In this document: positions 52,418 through 64,000 of the stretch, piece by piece
Layout: every line of letters starts with the position of its first letter
How positions within the stretch are numbered: the first letter of the stretch is position 1
Assembly: GCF_006345805.1 (NCBI RefSeq)
Contig: NC_042997.1
Span: 110,298,001 to 110,362,000 of the forward strand
Length of the DNA stretch: 64,000 bases
Origin: Octopus sinensis
Taxonomy: Eukaryota
Direction of reading: 5' to 3'
Made by a program: the position numbers and the translations under genes
The notes under the pieces: model-generated
Told to the model about the DNA's origin: nothing
What the model saw: the letters and a program-made list of their open reading frames with translations, nothing else
Databases searched by the model: none

Positions 52418-53013
52418 GCCTTTGCACAGCTTTTAACGCTGGAAATGTACTACAGTGTCAGCTGTTCACTACCAGTGAACTAAGGTAGCACCTCTTATTT
52501 TTCGAGCACCTTCCGGAATATTCGAGCGGTTCCAAGCAGTGCTGTTTTCTGTAAGTGCTCCACCCTTATTGCAGCCCCTATTTGTTCCAATTACTTCTCA
52601 AGATTTTTAATCACTGTTCCCAGGGCTCCGACAATTATTGGTACTACTACCACCTTTATCATCGACCACAACTGCTTAACCTCCCAAGCTAACCTGTCAT
52701 ATCTATCGACTTTTCTTTCTTCCTTATTGCATACCTTGTTGTTAGCTGAGCATGCTAGATCTATAATCCAACATCGTTTGCTTTCTTTCTCAATTAATAC
52801 TATATCTGGTTTCCTATTCTCTATCTCATGGTCGCACTGAATCATAAAACTCTATAGGGTCTTTGCATAATCATTTTCGATGATGCCTTCGGGTTTACGT
52901 TCGCACCGCTTTTTTGCTCTGCCAAGTCCATACTTGTTGCAAAGTGTCCAATTGACAATCCTTGCTATGTTGTCATGACGTCCCTTATATTCTTTCTGAG
53001 CTAGTGGCGTACA
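52418..53013 (-). mobile_element. R4/Dong-like RLE LINE 3' fragment with (TAA)n tail
   Basis: Translates [17 protein letters not shown]...IQCDHEIENRKPDIVLIEK...IIDLAC...RKVDRYDRLAWEVKQLW...VPIIVGALGT. The 3' end abuts (TAA)n. Confidence 0.85.
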
Positions 53014-53186
53014 TTGACTGAAACAAGTAAAAGAATAAAAGAATATGTGTGAGTGTATATATCTGCATATATACATACATACATACATACATACATACAT
53101 ACATACATACATAAATATGTGTGTGTATATATGTATATGCATGTATGTATGTACATATATATATATATATATACAGACATACATAC

Positions 53187-53243
<57 letters not shown>

Positions 53244-53254
53244 AATAAATAAAC

Positions 53255-53335
<81 letters not shown>

Positions 53336-54574
53336 CATACAAATATATACACACACACACACATCGTGCTGGTGTACAATATGTTGCTAATGTCTGTGCC
53401 AATGTTTTGCCACACCCATTTCTCCAGACAGCAGCAATATTAGCAGGGTATGGGGTCCCTTATAATATACATACATCAGTCTGACTTTGTACCCCAAGGG
53501 TTTCGAGTAGGCACCTTACCATATATAGAATACAGCTTGACACATTCCGACAAATCCACTTAGCTAATATTTATTTCATTTTTATATTTCATTTACTAGT
53601 TCGTTTTTTTATTATATTTTGGTATATATATATATTTTTTATTCTGGAATAAGGTATCAGACATGAATTACAGATGTGTATAGTTATGGGTGTTTATACT
53701 TTGATGGTTCTCTGTGTGTGTATGCGTGTGCATGTGAGTGTGTGAGTATACGCATGCGTGAGTTCTAGAATATTAGAATATAGTATATGCATACATATAC
53801 TAGTGCAACTATATTAGAATGCATGTGCATCTATGTATGTATGTATGTATGTATGTATGCATAAATATATATACTATTTATATTATATGATCGAACGCCA
53901 CGCATCCAATTCCAAGTAATTTTTATCTTAATAATTCTGATGCGACACTATCACTATCTCTCTCTCTCTCTCCCTCTTCCTCTTTCTGTATTCTTTTTTC
54001 TTTTCCACCCTTTCTCTAATTTTTCTCCCCCTTCACCGTTCTCTGCCTGTCCCTCTCTCACTTTCACTCTTCCTCCTTGACTCTCTTGTTGCTCATACGT
54101 GACCAGCAGTCATCTTTCTTCTAGCTCGAATTTCTTTCTTTCTTCTCCTTAAGCTACAAGAGATAGCGCGTATTTTTGTCTGTCTCCTGTCAAAGCTTCT
54201 TTCTCCAGCGTTCACCACTTCACCTCGTTATGGCTTAACAGCCCTTGCCGTTTGCTTTAACTGTCCTATTTTTGTTACTAACTTTGACCCTCCGCAAATC
54301 CCAAATTTTATTCAATCTGTTTTGCGGGAGCGACTGTCCTAACGCTCAAAATGCGGAATAGATAAAACAGGGGACAACTGATGAAGAGATTGCTCTTTAT
54401 GTTGTCTGTCTCGTTTTTCTATTTGTTTCTTTCGTTGTTCGCAAAAAAGTTCGTTTTCCATGTTTTTGTATTTCATGTTCTCGTTTTTCATGCTGTTTAT
54501 GTTTTTTGACGTCCTGTGCCCATATATGCATGTGTATATACATATATATGTAAGTATGTACATGTATGTATATA

Positions 54575-54672
<98 letters not shown>

Positions 54673-54870
54673 ATTTAGATTCAGATGAATGTGGCACATA
54701 CCAGAATATGGTATGGTATTATCCATACAATTTAAAATAAGGTGATTATAATCAAAATAAGCAACAAGGACATCCTCTGGATATCCTTGTTGCTTATTTT
54801 GATTATGTATGTATGTAAACACACATATATACTGAGAGAAAGAAAACAGGCAAAAAGAAACACAGTTATA

Positions 54871-54910
<40 letters not shown>

Positions 54911-54912
54911 TG

Positions 54913-54951
<39 letters not shown>

Positions 54952-54957
54952 CGTGAG

Positions 54958-54992
<35 letters not shown>

Positions 54993-54996
54993 CGTG

Positions 54997-55027
<31 letters not shown>

Positions 55028-55430
55028 ACTTAACCTATTAAACAAAATTCAACAAATTCATATTTATGTAATGGAGGAGATTAGATGTTAAAATGGATTA
55101 TAGTTTTTATTTTTCCTATTACTATACAATTTGTTTCATACAAAAAGACTCAGATATTCACAGACAGAGAATCGTAGTAGTCATATTTGTACTCGTCAGT
55201 AACCGATATAAAAACTAAAAATGACGTTTGAAGTACACAGATTTTCTCTTAGACATCATTTCGGGATCAGTATATTCGTTCATGCAGTCATGCCTTGCAA
55301 CAGCATATATATTATGTATATCAGTATTTAGTTTAGTTCAAGATTTCTTGCCAATAGAGAAAGAACCGGTTTCTAACCCAGATCCAACGCTCCTTCATTG
55401 GAATTTCAACATCAACAACAGAGTATTTTT

Positions 55431-56530
55431 GTTTGTATGCATGTATGTATGTATGTATGCATGTATGTGCAGATTTGTATGTTTTATGGATGTATTCTCA
55501 TGCATATACTTGCATATCTAGACATGCTCATATATATTATATGATAAACTTCTGGAAAGTTTTTCAGATTTTTATAGTTCCAGTGATGGATTGAATCTGT
55601 ATTAGCTTTCTCTTTTCTAGTTTTGACAAACCTAATTTCTCAAGATTGGTATTTAGGCAGTGTGTTACATTGCTCAGGGCTCCAGTAATTACAGGTATAA
55701 ACCTGAACTTATAATCTGGATAGAGTAACTGCAGATTTCTCAATAGATCAGCGTAGGTGTTCTCTTTTTCACTAATCTTCAGCTTTATGTTAACATCTGC
55801 TGGGCAGCTAATTTCCACAACTGTGCACAGTTTCTCTTATCTATCCCAAATCATTATATCAGGTCTGTTGTGCTTGTATACTGAGGTCTTCACAGGTACA
55901 TTCCATTAGTATTCCTTTTTATTATGAGTGGCTATGGCTTCTACCATACTGTGTGTTTTTATCTCTTTGCCCTCGTGATTATCCTTCCGACGCTAAAACG
56001 TCATATCTCATCGGCAGTTAATACCATGATGACATTTTCGAGCAAATGCTTATGATGTGGGTGATATCGTCAGTGTGAGCTCCACAACATCAGCATCGGT
56101 TGTCACATTTTACTGCTTTTTCTGCATCCCTGTCCCTTTTGTGAATTAGATATTTGCTTGACATTTCCTATTCTTGGATTGCAAACGCATACACCTCAAT
56201 GTGGGATGTGGTAAACCGGTTGTTGGTCCATGATAGACTGCTTTGATGATGATGATGATCAATGTTACTATCATCACGGAACTTTCTACTAACATATCCA
56301 TGCATGGTCTTCTGCTCATATACACTCATCTTTTCATCTGATGATATGTTGCCTAGAGTCGTGCGACTTCTTCGGGCATGTATTCTAGGTTATCAAAGAG
56401 TGTTGCTCGAGGAGCTGCTTTCCAAGTCTTATGATGTTATCAGTCTCATGTATGCAAACTTGGTCAAGGGATGCACTTCAACACTTGGTGGTTAAAAGAT
56501 GTCGAAGGGATATGATACGACATTCGAAGA
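55431..56530 (-). mobile_element. R4/Dong-like (RLE-type) non-LTR retrotransposon, decayed 3' fragment with (CATA)n tail
   Basis: Minus-strand translation (with stops and shifts) gives KTMHGYV, SHIEVYAFAIQE, C..C...DDITHIISIC and NRPDIMIWD...VVEISCPAD...EKENTY, i.e. a zinc knuckle plus a PD-(D/E)xK restriction-like endonuclease. Confidence 0.8.
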
Positions 56531-57279
56531 TAGTTTGGATCGATGTTAAGCCTCTGCGCCCTTGTTTTCGTTTTAGGTAGAAGCGGTCAACTTCACTGTT
56601 TATGTAGAAATTATGTTCTTGTTAGTATTTTGGGGTTTTCACATCAATGTATGTATGATGTATGTATGCATGTATGTGTGTATATGTGAATGCATGTGTG
56701 TATGTATGGGTGTGTAGCCCAGTTACAACTACAGCCGGCTATTACCGGTAAAGGTTTTGGCTGCCAATTCTGTACAAGACATTGTAGATCTTTAGCTGGG
56801 CTAAAAAGTCACATTCGATCACAGCACCAATAACAGTTAAACTTCATGCAATGGCCATACTCGATAACGAGGGGGCAGCCATCATGTATGTGTGTATGTA
56901 TGTGTGAATGTATGTGTGTATGTATGTACTCATCCTAATTTAGAAACTTTAAGAAAATATTTAGAAAACCTGAAATAAAACTGAATTTGTTTTTTTGTTT
57001 TTATCATACTCACGCCAACCAATAATAACCAGATGAAAGAAGAAACACAAAGAAAGAAACAAAGAAACAAAGGAACAAACAAACAAACAAACAAACAAAC
57101 AAACAAACAAATGAAGTAACAAAGGACAAACATTAAACTGTTATATTTCAATTAATTACAAGTGGTCTTGTGCTAAATATAAAAGCGAAGTCCCTCGTGC
57201 CAAAATCAACGAATTACTCCCTTATCTTCACGTATCAACATTTAAAGCATTTTGTACAAATGGTTTGTTTCGTTAGTTC

Positions 57280-57310
<31 letters not shown>

Positions 57311-57608
57311 CGGAGGAGGAGGAGGAGGAGGAGGAGAGGAGGAGGAGGAGGAGGAGGAGGAAGAGGAGGAGGAGGAGAAGGGCGATGCCGTTCATTAATT
57401 GAAGGTAAATTTACGAAACAAAAGACAGGAAATTTGATTGAAATTCTCTGCAAAAGTTAACAACATTAGCAACAATATTCTCACCATTGTCTTGGCATCA
57501 ATTCCATTAACCATTATTTGCAGATGGCAGCAATGATATAATAACAACTTGGTTGTATTATTATTATTACCATTATTATTATTATTATTATTATTATTAT
57601 AATTATTA

Positions 57609-57662
<54 letters not shown>

Positions 57663-58190
57663 TCAAACCCATTAGGCCTTGTTGCATATTATGTCACTGA
57701 ATCACCTCAGTTGAATTTTAACGAAACCTGTAGCTGGTCGCATGACCTGCTGAAAATAGCCACCAAACCTCCCTCAAATCACACATGGAAAAAAGAAGGA
57801 TACATAGAAATAGTGCAACTCCTAGATAGACAGTGTCTGAAACGAAGATCACATTTGAGATGATGTCCGTTTTGCTCTGATATACAATGTGTTTTTAACA
57901 CCACATGTATACTAAAAGATTTTCTCTGAGACAAAAGTCACAGCATCATTGGTGTCGGCTATTTTATTGTTAACTTGGTGTATTTACACCTATTTGTCTA
58001 CAGCGAGAAATTTTCCCCATGATAAAAAACTGACTAGTTTTCTTACATTTTCGTATATTCTCCAGTACATTTGAACTGATAACAATTGTGTAATTTTAAA
58101 ATATTTGGTTTTCTTCCTTTTTTTTTCTCTTCTGGTTCTTCCAGATTTCAGTGCCTTAGGCAATCGCCTATTTGACTCATATATAGCCCT

Positions 58191-58700
58191 GCCGCGAACT
58201 TTTTTTCTCACGAGAGTTCTGGACCCCAGTTATGAACTCATTTGCATACAGCCAATCAGAGCCCAACTATCAAACTAATTTATGGGAACATAACAAGTGA
58301 TGGGCGACAAGGTAAGATCACTTGGGTAAGGAATGAGCATGTGTCTTTTCTCTTTTAAGAATGCTTGTTGTTCTTGTTTTTGTTTCAACCATGGCTACCT
58401 CTGTGTTGTTGTTTACTTTGTAAAACAGTGAGGGGAGAGGGTTGCCAGCACATCACCCTCTACCCACATCTTTACCATATGGGGCCCTAACAAAATTTGA
58501 TAATAGGTATAGATGCAAATCTATCTAACTACTTGTCTCCTTCTAAAATCGGTCGACTTACAACATTGTTCTTCGTCTTGAGTTTACTTAGTGGAGTGTT
58601 TGTTAATTTGACAACCAGGTCATGGTGAACTCTGATTGACTGTATGCAAATGAGTTCATTACTGGGGTCCAGAACTCTCGTGGGAAAAAAATTTCGCAGC
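58191..58700. repeat. 71-bp inverted repeats about 370 bp apart (probable non-autonomous DNA transposon)
   Basis: Arms at 58191-58261 and 58630-58700: CACGAGAGTTCTGGACCCCAGT.ATGAACTCATTTGCATACAG.CAATCAGAG. Confidence 0.75.
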
Positions 58701-59806
58701 CCGGCCTTGGTCATTTTTGTCTTTATCAATTCAATAATTAAGCATTATGTACAAGACTATCAACGAACTCTTTGTTGTTGCTACGTTAAACACAAGAATT
58801 TCGAGTTCCAACTTTCCACTTTCACTATCCAATATTCTTCGGTCATCTCGCTCCCTCTAATTTTTATAATGATAACGACTCCGCTCCGCCACAATATTTT
58901 GATTCAGATTGCCGCAGCTAAAAAGTGGACGGAATAATGAGATAGAACTCGTACAAACCATGTTCTGACACTTTACGCCGATTTATAGGAATTCCATAGA
59001 ACGTTGAAATGATGCTTCCAGCATAATGCATAACAATGATTTGCAGTCAACATCTCTGGGAGAATAAAGCCAATCAAAATGTTTAGCGGCATTTCATCCG
59101 GCTCTTATGCTCTGAGTTCAAATTCTGTCGAGGTCACCTTTGCTTTTCATCCTGTCGGAGTCAACAAAATAAGGACACAGGAAATGTGTCAAGTTCAATA
59201 GGAAACGGTGTTTCCTAGGGCTAAATAACAGTAGCATTCTTACCTTTCATGAGACTGTCACATTAAGTTGACAACATACTATCACTTTATCGTGCTGCTA
59301 CTGTATAAATCCCTCTGAGAGATTTAGAAATATATTATTTCTAAAACAAGTACCAGTTATGTACTGGGGTCGATATAATCGACTAACGCCCGCCCCTTGA
59401 GTCAAAATTTGAAAGTATTATCTCTAGGAGAATAAATGTCTGAATGCCACGTAGTACTTGTCTGTCGTAGAAGTCACCAATAAAAGTTACACATGACAAA
59501 AGCTACAAACATTGACGAGAGGTGAAAATCGGACTGGAGGGGGTCAATTCTCAGTAAACCGAGATTGTCAAACATGTCGTGTTGCTGTTTATTTAAAACT
59601 ACATCCCTAACGCTCTTGAGAAAGGCATAAACGACACATTGTCCCAATTAATCTTCTTTTATTAAACACTCAAGTTTATGCGTTTGTAAACAAATCGAAA
59701 TGGTTTTATTGATAAAATTCCACACCAAACACGTTCTGATTCGAAACTATAATGTCGTACTTTCTGCCATAAATAGTAAAAAAAAATCCCGTTTACCTAA
59801 ATTGTA

Positions 59807-59838
<32 letters not shown>

Positions 59839-59877
59839 TAATAATAATAATAAGAAGAAGAAGAAGAAGAAGAAAAT

Positions 59878-60078
59878 ATAGAGGGGACAAACAAGGACAG
59901 ACAAACGGATTAAGTCGATTATATCGACCCCAGTGCGTAAATGGTGCTTAATTTATCGACCCCGAAAGGATGAAAGGCAAAGTTGACGTCGGCGGAATTT
60001 GAACTCAGAACGTAACGGCAGACGAAATACGGCTACGCATTTCACCCGGCGTGCTAACGTTTCTGCCAGCTCGCCGCC

Positions 60079-60123
<45 letters not shown>

Positions 60124-60142
60124 AAAATAAAACTACTGAATG

Positions 60143-60177
<35 letters not shown>

Positions 60178-60944
60178 GGCGGCGAGCTGGCAGAAACGTT
60201 AGCACGCCGGGCGAAATGCGTAGCCATATTTCGTCTGCCGTTACATTCTGAGTTCAAATTCCGCCGAGGTTGACTTTGCCTTTCATTCTTTCGGGATCGA
60301 TAAATTAAGTACCAGTTACGCACTGGGGTCGATATAATCGACTTAATCCGTTTGTCTGTCTTTGTTTGTCCCCTCTGTGTTTAGCCCCTTGTGGGTAGTA
60401 AAGAAATAGATGTTTCATCTGCTTTTACGTTCTGAGTTCAAATTCCGCTGAGGTCAACTTTGCCTTTCATCCTTTTGGGGGTCGATTAAATAAGTACCAG
60501 TTACGCACTGGGGTCAATATAATCGACTTAATCCGTTTGTCTGTCCTTGTTTGTTCTCTCTGTGTTTAGCCCTTTGTGAGTAGTAAAGAAACTCGTTCTG
60601 AGTTCAAATTCTGCTAGATCAACTTTGCTTTCATCCTTTTAGGGGTCGATAAATTAAGTACCAGTTAAACACTGACGTTGATGTAATCAACTAGCTCCCC
60701 TCCCCAGAAATTATTGCGGCGAGCTGGCAGAAACGTTAGCATGCTGGGCGAAATGCGTAGCCGTATTTCGTCTGCCATTACGTTCTGAGTTCAAATTCCG
60801 CCGAATTCGACTTTGCCTTTCATCCTTTCGGTGTCGATAAATTAAGTACCAGTTACGCACTGGGGTCAATGTAATCAACTTAATCCGTTTGTCTGTCCTT
60901 GTTTGTCCCCTCTATGTTTAGCCCCTTGTGGGTAATAAAGAAAC
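59878..60944. mobile_element. SINE family B cluster: one minus copy (59878-60078) head-to-head with four tandem plus-strand monomers (60178-60944)
   Basis: Repeated heads and cores are readable directly; the spacer is (TTA)n then (TAA)n. Confidence 0.88.
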
Positions 60945-61344
60945 AAAAAAATTATTATTATCATTATTATTATTATTATCATTATTATTATTATTATTAT
61001 TATTATCATTATTATTACTATTACTGCTACTACTTACAAACTTACTTTCCTAATTTCTTTTGATTTTTATTTTTCTTCCTTTGTGTCAAATCACTCACAC
61101 TCTACTTTCCCAATTCATCTAAATCTCAAAATCGTTTTTTTAATGTTTTACCTTTCACGATTTTTTTTTTAATGTTTTCTACCAAGAAATAACTATTTCT
61201 GTTTATTCATTTCATTATTTTCAACTTAATTTTAAACATTCAAATCTTCAACAATTTTCTTTCCAACAATTTTACATTATTACTCTTCGTCTTATTCTTT
61301 GACAAATATTTTTTCCAATACTGCACACACACTTTCAACAATTC

Positions 61345-61660
61345 ATGTGTGTATGTGTGTGTGTACATACATATATAGACATATACATACCTATGTTATA
61401 CATATATACATATATGTATATATACATACATACATATATATATATACCTATATACATATATATACATATATACATATACATACATACATATATATACATA
61501 CATACATATATATACATACATACATATATATACATACATACATATATATACATACATACATATACATACATACATATATATATATACATACATACATACA
61601 TATATATACATACATACATATATATATACATACATACATATATATATACATACATACATA

Positions 61661-61692
<32 letters not shown>

Positions 61693-61709
61693 CATACATA
61701 TATATATAC

Positions 61710-61740
<31 letters not shown>

Positions 61741-61849
61741 CATACATATATATATACATACATACATATATATACACATACATACATATATATACACATA
61801 CATACATATACATATATATATAATCATACACATACATACACATACATAC

Positions 61850-61885
<36 letters not shown>
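61345..61885. repeat. (TACA)/(TA) compound microsatellite of about 540 bp
   Basis: Direct reading. Confidence 0.95.
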
Positions 61886-61891
<6 letters not shown>

Positions 61892-62239
61892 TTACACTTA
61901 TGTTCACTTGTACAAGCATTCTTAACACTTTTAACACAAGATATTTATTTATTGAAGCTTCATACTTTTTCAGCCAACATTTCTTTCTTACAATTATTTT
62001 TAAAAAGTATTTATTTTTCAATAAATCTTCAATTTCAATTCGAAATATCCTTTTAATTTCTTCTCAATAAATAATTCTTCTACAGAAGAAATTCTTTTTT
62101 TTTTCTTTCTAAGAACGTCTTCTCCACACATAACTGGAAATCACAGATTCTTCGATTGTTGTCTGTGGAAGAAAACAATTTTGGTGGCATTTTGCAAGGA
62201 ATTAATACAATGGAATAATTAAAAATAAAAAATATATCT

Positions 62240-62590
62240 TTTACTCATTTCAGTCATTTGACTGTGGCCATGCTACAACACTCCCTTGAAGAGTTTTTAA
62301 TTGGCTGACCCCAGTAGTTATCTTTTTAAGCCTGTAACTTATTCTGTCAGTCTTTTTTGCCGAACTGTTAAGTTATAGGGATGTAAATACACCAACACCA
62401 GTTATCAAGCAGTAGTGCAGGACAAACAGACACAAGGACATGAACACACACACATATATATATTTATGCTATGGGCTTCTTTCAGTTTCTGTGTACCTAA
62501 TCCACTCACAAGGCTACAGAAATAGACACTTGCCTAAAATGCCATGCAGTGGGACTGAACCCAGGACTATGTGGTTGGAAAGCAAACTGT
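62240..62590 (-). mobile_element. SINE family C
   Basis: Reverse complement of the family C head and tail. Confidence 0.75.
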
Positions 62591-62994
62591 ATGTGTGTGT
62601 GTATATGTGTGTATGTGTGTGTGTGTTTCTGATTACTGATCTGATAGGATGTTTAGTTTGAAGGACGCATAAATATAAGAAAGTAAAAACAAACTGGTAT
62701 TCTTCGCGTAAAGACCCCAGTGATATTTGTTCTGCCTCGAATTACACATACTCCCTTATCTTTGCTAGTGATAGAAATGCAATGATCAGCTAATCAAAAA
62801 GCTGCAGCTAATGACTTTATTGTCCAGAAATTGTTTTATGAAAACAAATATAAAAAAAAACAACACAACATTAGTAGAAAAAACATTTAATTTGTAAAAT
62901 TAGAGATTGCAAAATTTATAAAATAAGGTTTACCCGCTGTAATAAAACAGTTTCTTAACATAGTGGTAATCCTTTTTAAAAAATTACTCTGAAG

Positions 62995-63333
62995 TCACAT
63001 AGACTCACAATGAATCACTGAGTCACAATGAGTCCTCGAGTCAAAATGAGTCAGTGTCTTGTAATATGTCATTCAGTCACAGTGGGTCATTCAGTCACAG
63101 TAAGTCATTCAGTCACAATAAGTCACTGAGTCCCAATAAGTCACTGAGTCACAATGAGTCATTGAGTCACAGTGAGTCATTGAGTCACAATGAGTCATTG
63201 AGTCACAATAAGTCACTGAGTCACAGTGAATCATTGAGTTACAATGAGTCAATGAGTCACTGAGTCAGAGTGAGTAACTGAGTGACAATATCAGATTCAC
63301 AATGAGTGTAGTTACAGTGAGTCAGTCACAATG
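62995..63333. repeat. 18-bp minisatellite (TGAGTCAT/C + TGAGTCACAA/G)
   Basis: An 8+10 bp sub-period is directly visible; 14 perfect TGAGTCA by my count. Confidence 0.9.
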
Positions 63334-63596
63334 AATCCTCAACTTACAAGTCATAGAGCTGCCATGTAATATATCAAGTCAACAATGACTCTTCCTAGCT
63401 GGCCTACCTCTGAAATTATTGCAATTTACAAGGTACATGTGAAGCAAAATGGATCAACTGGGAACTAAACCTAATTCCCAGATTACCAATTCTTTGAATT
63501 TTTCAAACCAAATCAGTAATTTGTTTTCTACAAAAATAGAAATTTCAGGTTTTTTTTTCCATCAATCTACTTCTTTAAATCGTTAATCCACTTAAT

Positions 63597-64000
63597 CTAC
63601 TTCTTTAAATCTTTAATCCATTTAAAGAAATTGCATCGAGCTTCCTGGTTATTGGCAGCTCCGTCAGGTCGAGCACAGGTGTAGAACTGTCTACCTTGTG
63701 TAGGGCCAGGTTTCTTCACTGTTCGCAGAACACATGGCTCACTGTGCCCAGGACACAGGGGAGCTGGGGGTGGCCCTTTCAACAGATTCTTCCAAGCTAA
63801 CACCTGCGAATTTGAAGTTTGGTCTGTTGTGGACTTCACTTTGGAAACTATTAGTTCTTCTTTGTCTGCTTCCAACAATGAAGAGTCTTGAACATTTTTT
63901 GAAGAACTTTCTAAATGAGATGAAATGGAAGGTGCTGTTGTAATTTCCTGAGATTCGGAGGAATCATTAACATCCGAGTCATCTGATGATGGTTTTTTAC
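63597..64000 (-). CDS. APEX2: AP endonuclease 2 (APE2), last coding exon (partial; frame open to the window edge) with C-terminal zf-GRF domain
   Basis: Minus-strand frame is open from 63998 (KKPSSDDSDVND...) to TAG at 63597-63599. It ends WKNLLKGPPPAPLCPGHSEPCVLRTVKKPGPTQGRQFYTCARPDGAANNQEARCNFFKW, which matches the characteristic APE2 C-terminus (C-x2-H-x-EPC...RTVKKPGP-x-GR-x-FY-x-C...C-x-FF-x-W). Confidence 0.88.
   Translation of the reverse strand, partial: KKPSSDDSDVNDSSESQEITTAPSISSHLESSSKNVQDSSLLEADKEELIVSKVKSTTDQTSNSQVLAWKNLLKGPPPAPLCPGHSEPCVLRTVKKPGPTQGRQFYTCARPDGAANNQEARCNFFKWIKDLKK

Noticed and set aside
58145-58311. Plus-strand exon with very strong acceptor and donor
   Set aside because: Stops occur in all three frames and it overlaps an inverted-repeat element; at most non-coding.

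Overview
AT-rich, microsatellite-saturated eukaryotic DNA. The repeat families and composition point to an octopus or other coleoid cephalopod (inference), and there is one 100-N gap at 38829-38928. The only host gene I can recognise is the 3' terminal coding exon of APEX2 (C-terminal zf-GRF; minus strand, running off the right edge). Two promoter-like or first-exon candidates lie at about 22.1-22.5 kb and 31.85-32.0 kb. The rest is mobile DNA: at least four tRNA-derived SINE families, two Tx1/L1-clade LINE copies (one a near-complete but frameshifted ORF2), five R4/Dong-like restriction-like-endonuclease LINE fragments, a decayed mariner, a probable non-autonomous Helitron and several MITE-like foldbacks. 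Nearly all ORFs in the supplied track are microsatellite artefacts. The main observations are: (1) a dispersed repeat carries all hammerhead-ribozyme core motifs in a NON-circularly permuted (pseudoknotted) strand order, with compensatory base changes between copies (7118-7178 +, 44856-44920 -, and a cleavage-site-deleted copy at 54288-54396); (2) the most abundant SINE shares its 3' tail with the Tx1-clade LINEs in the window, suggesting a SINE/LINE partnership; (3) several LINE families each sit in a particular microsatellite; (4) a minisatellite with 14 perfect AP-1 sites and a duplicated stop-codon segment lie at the APEX2 3' end.
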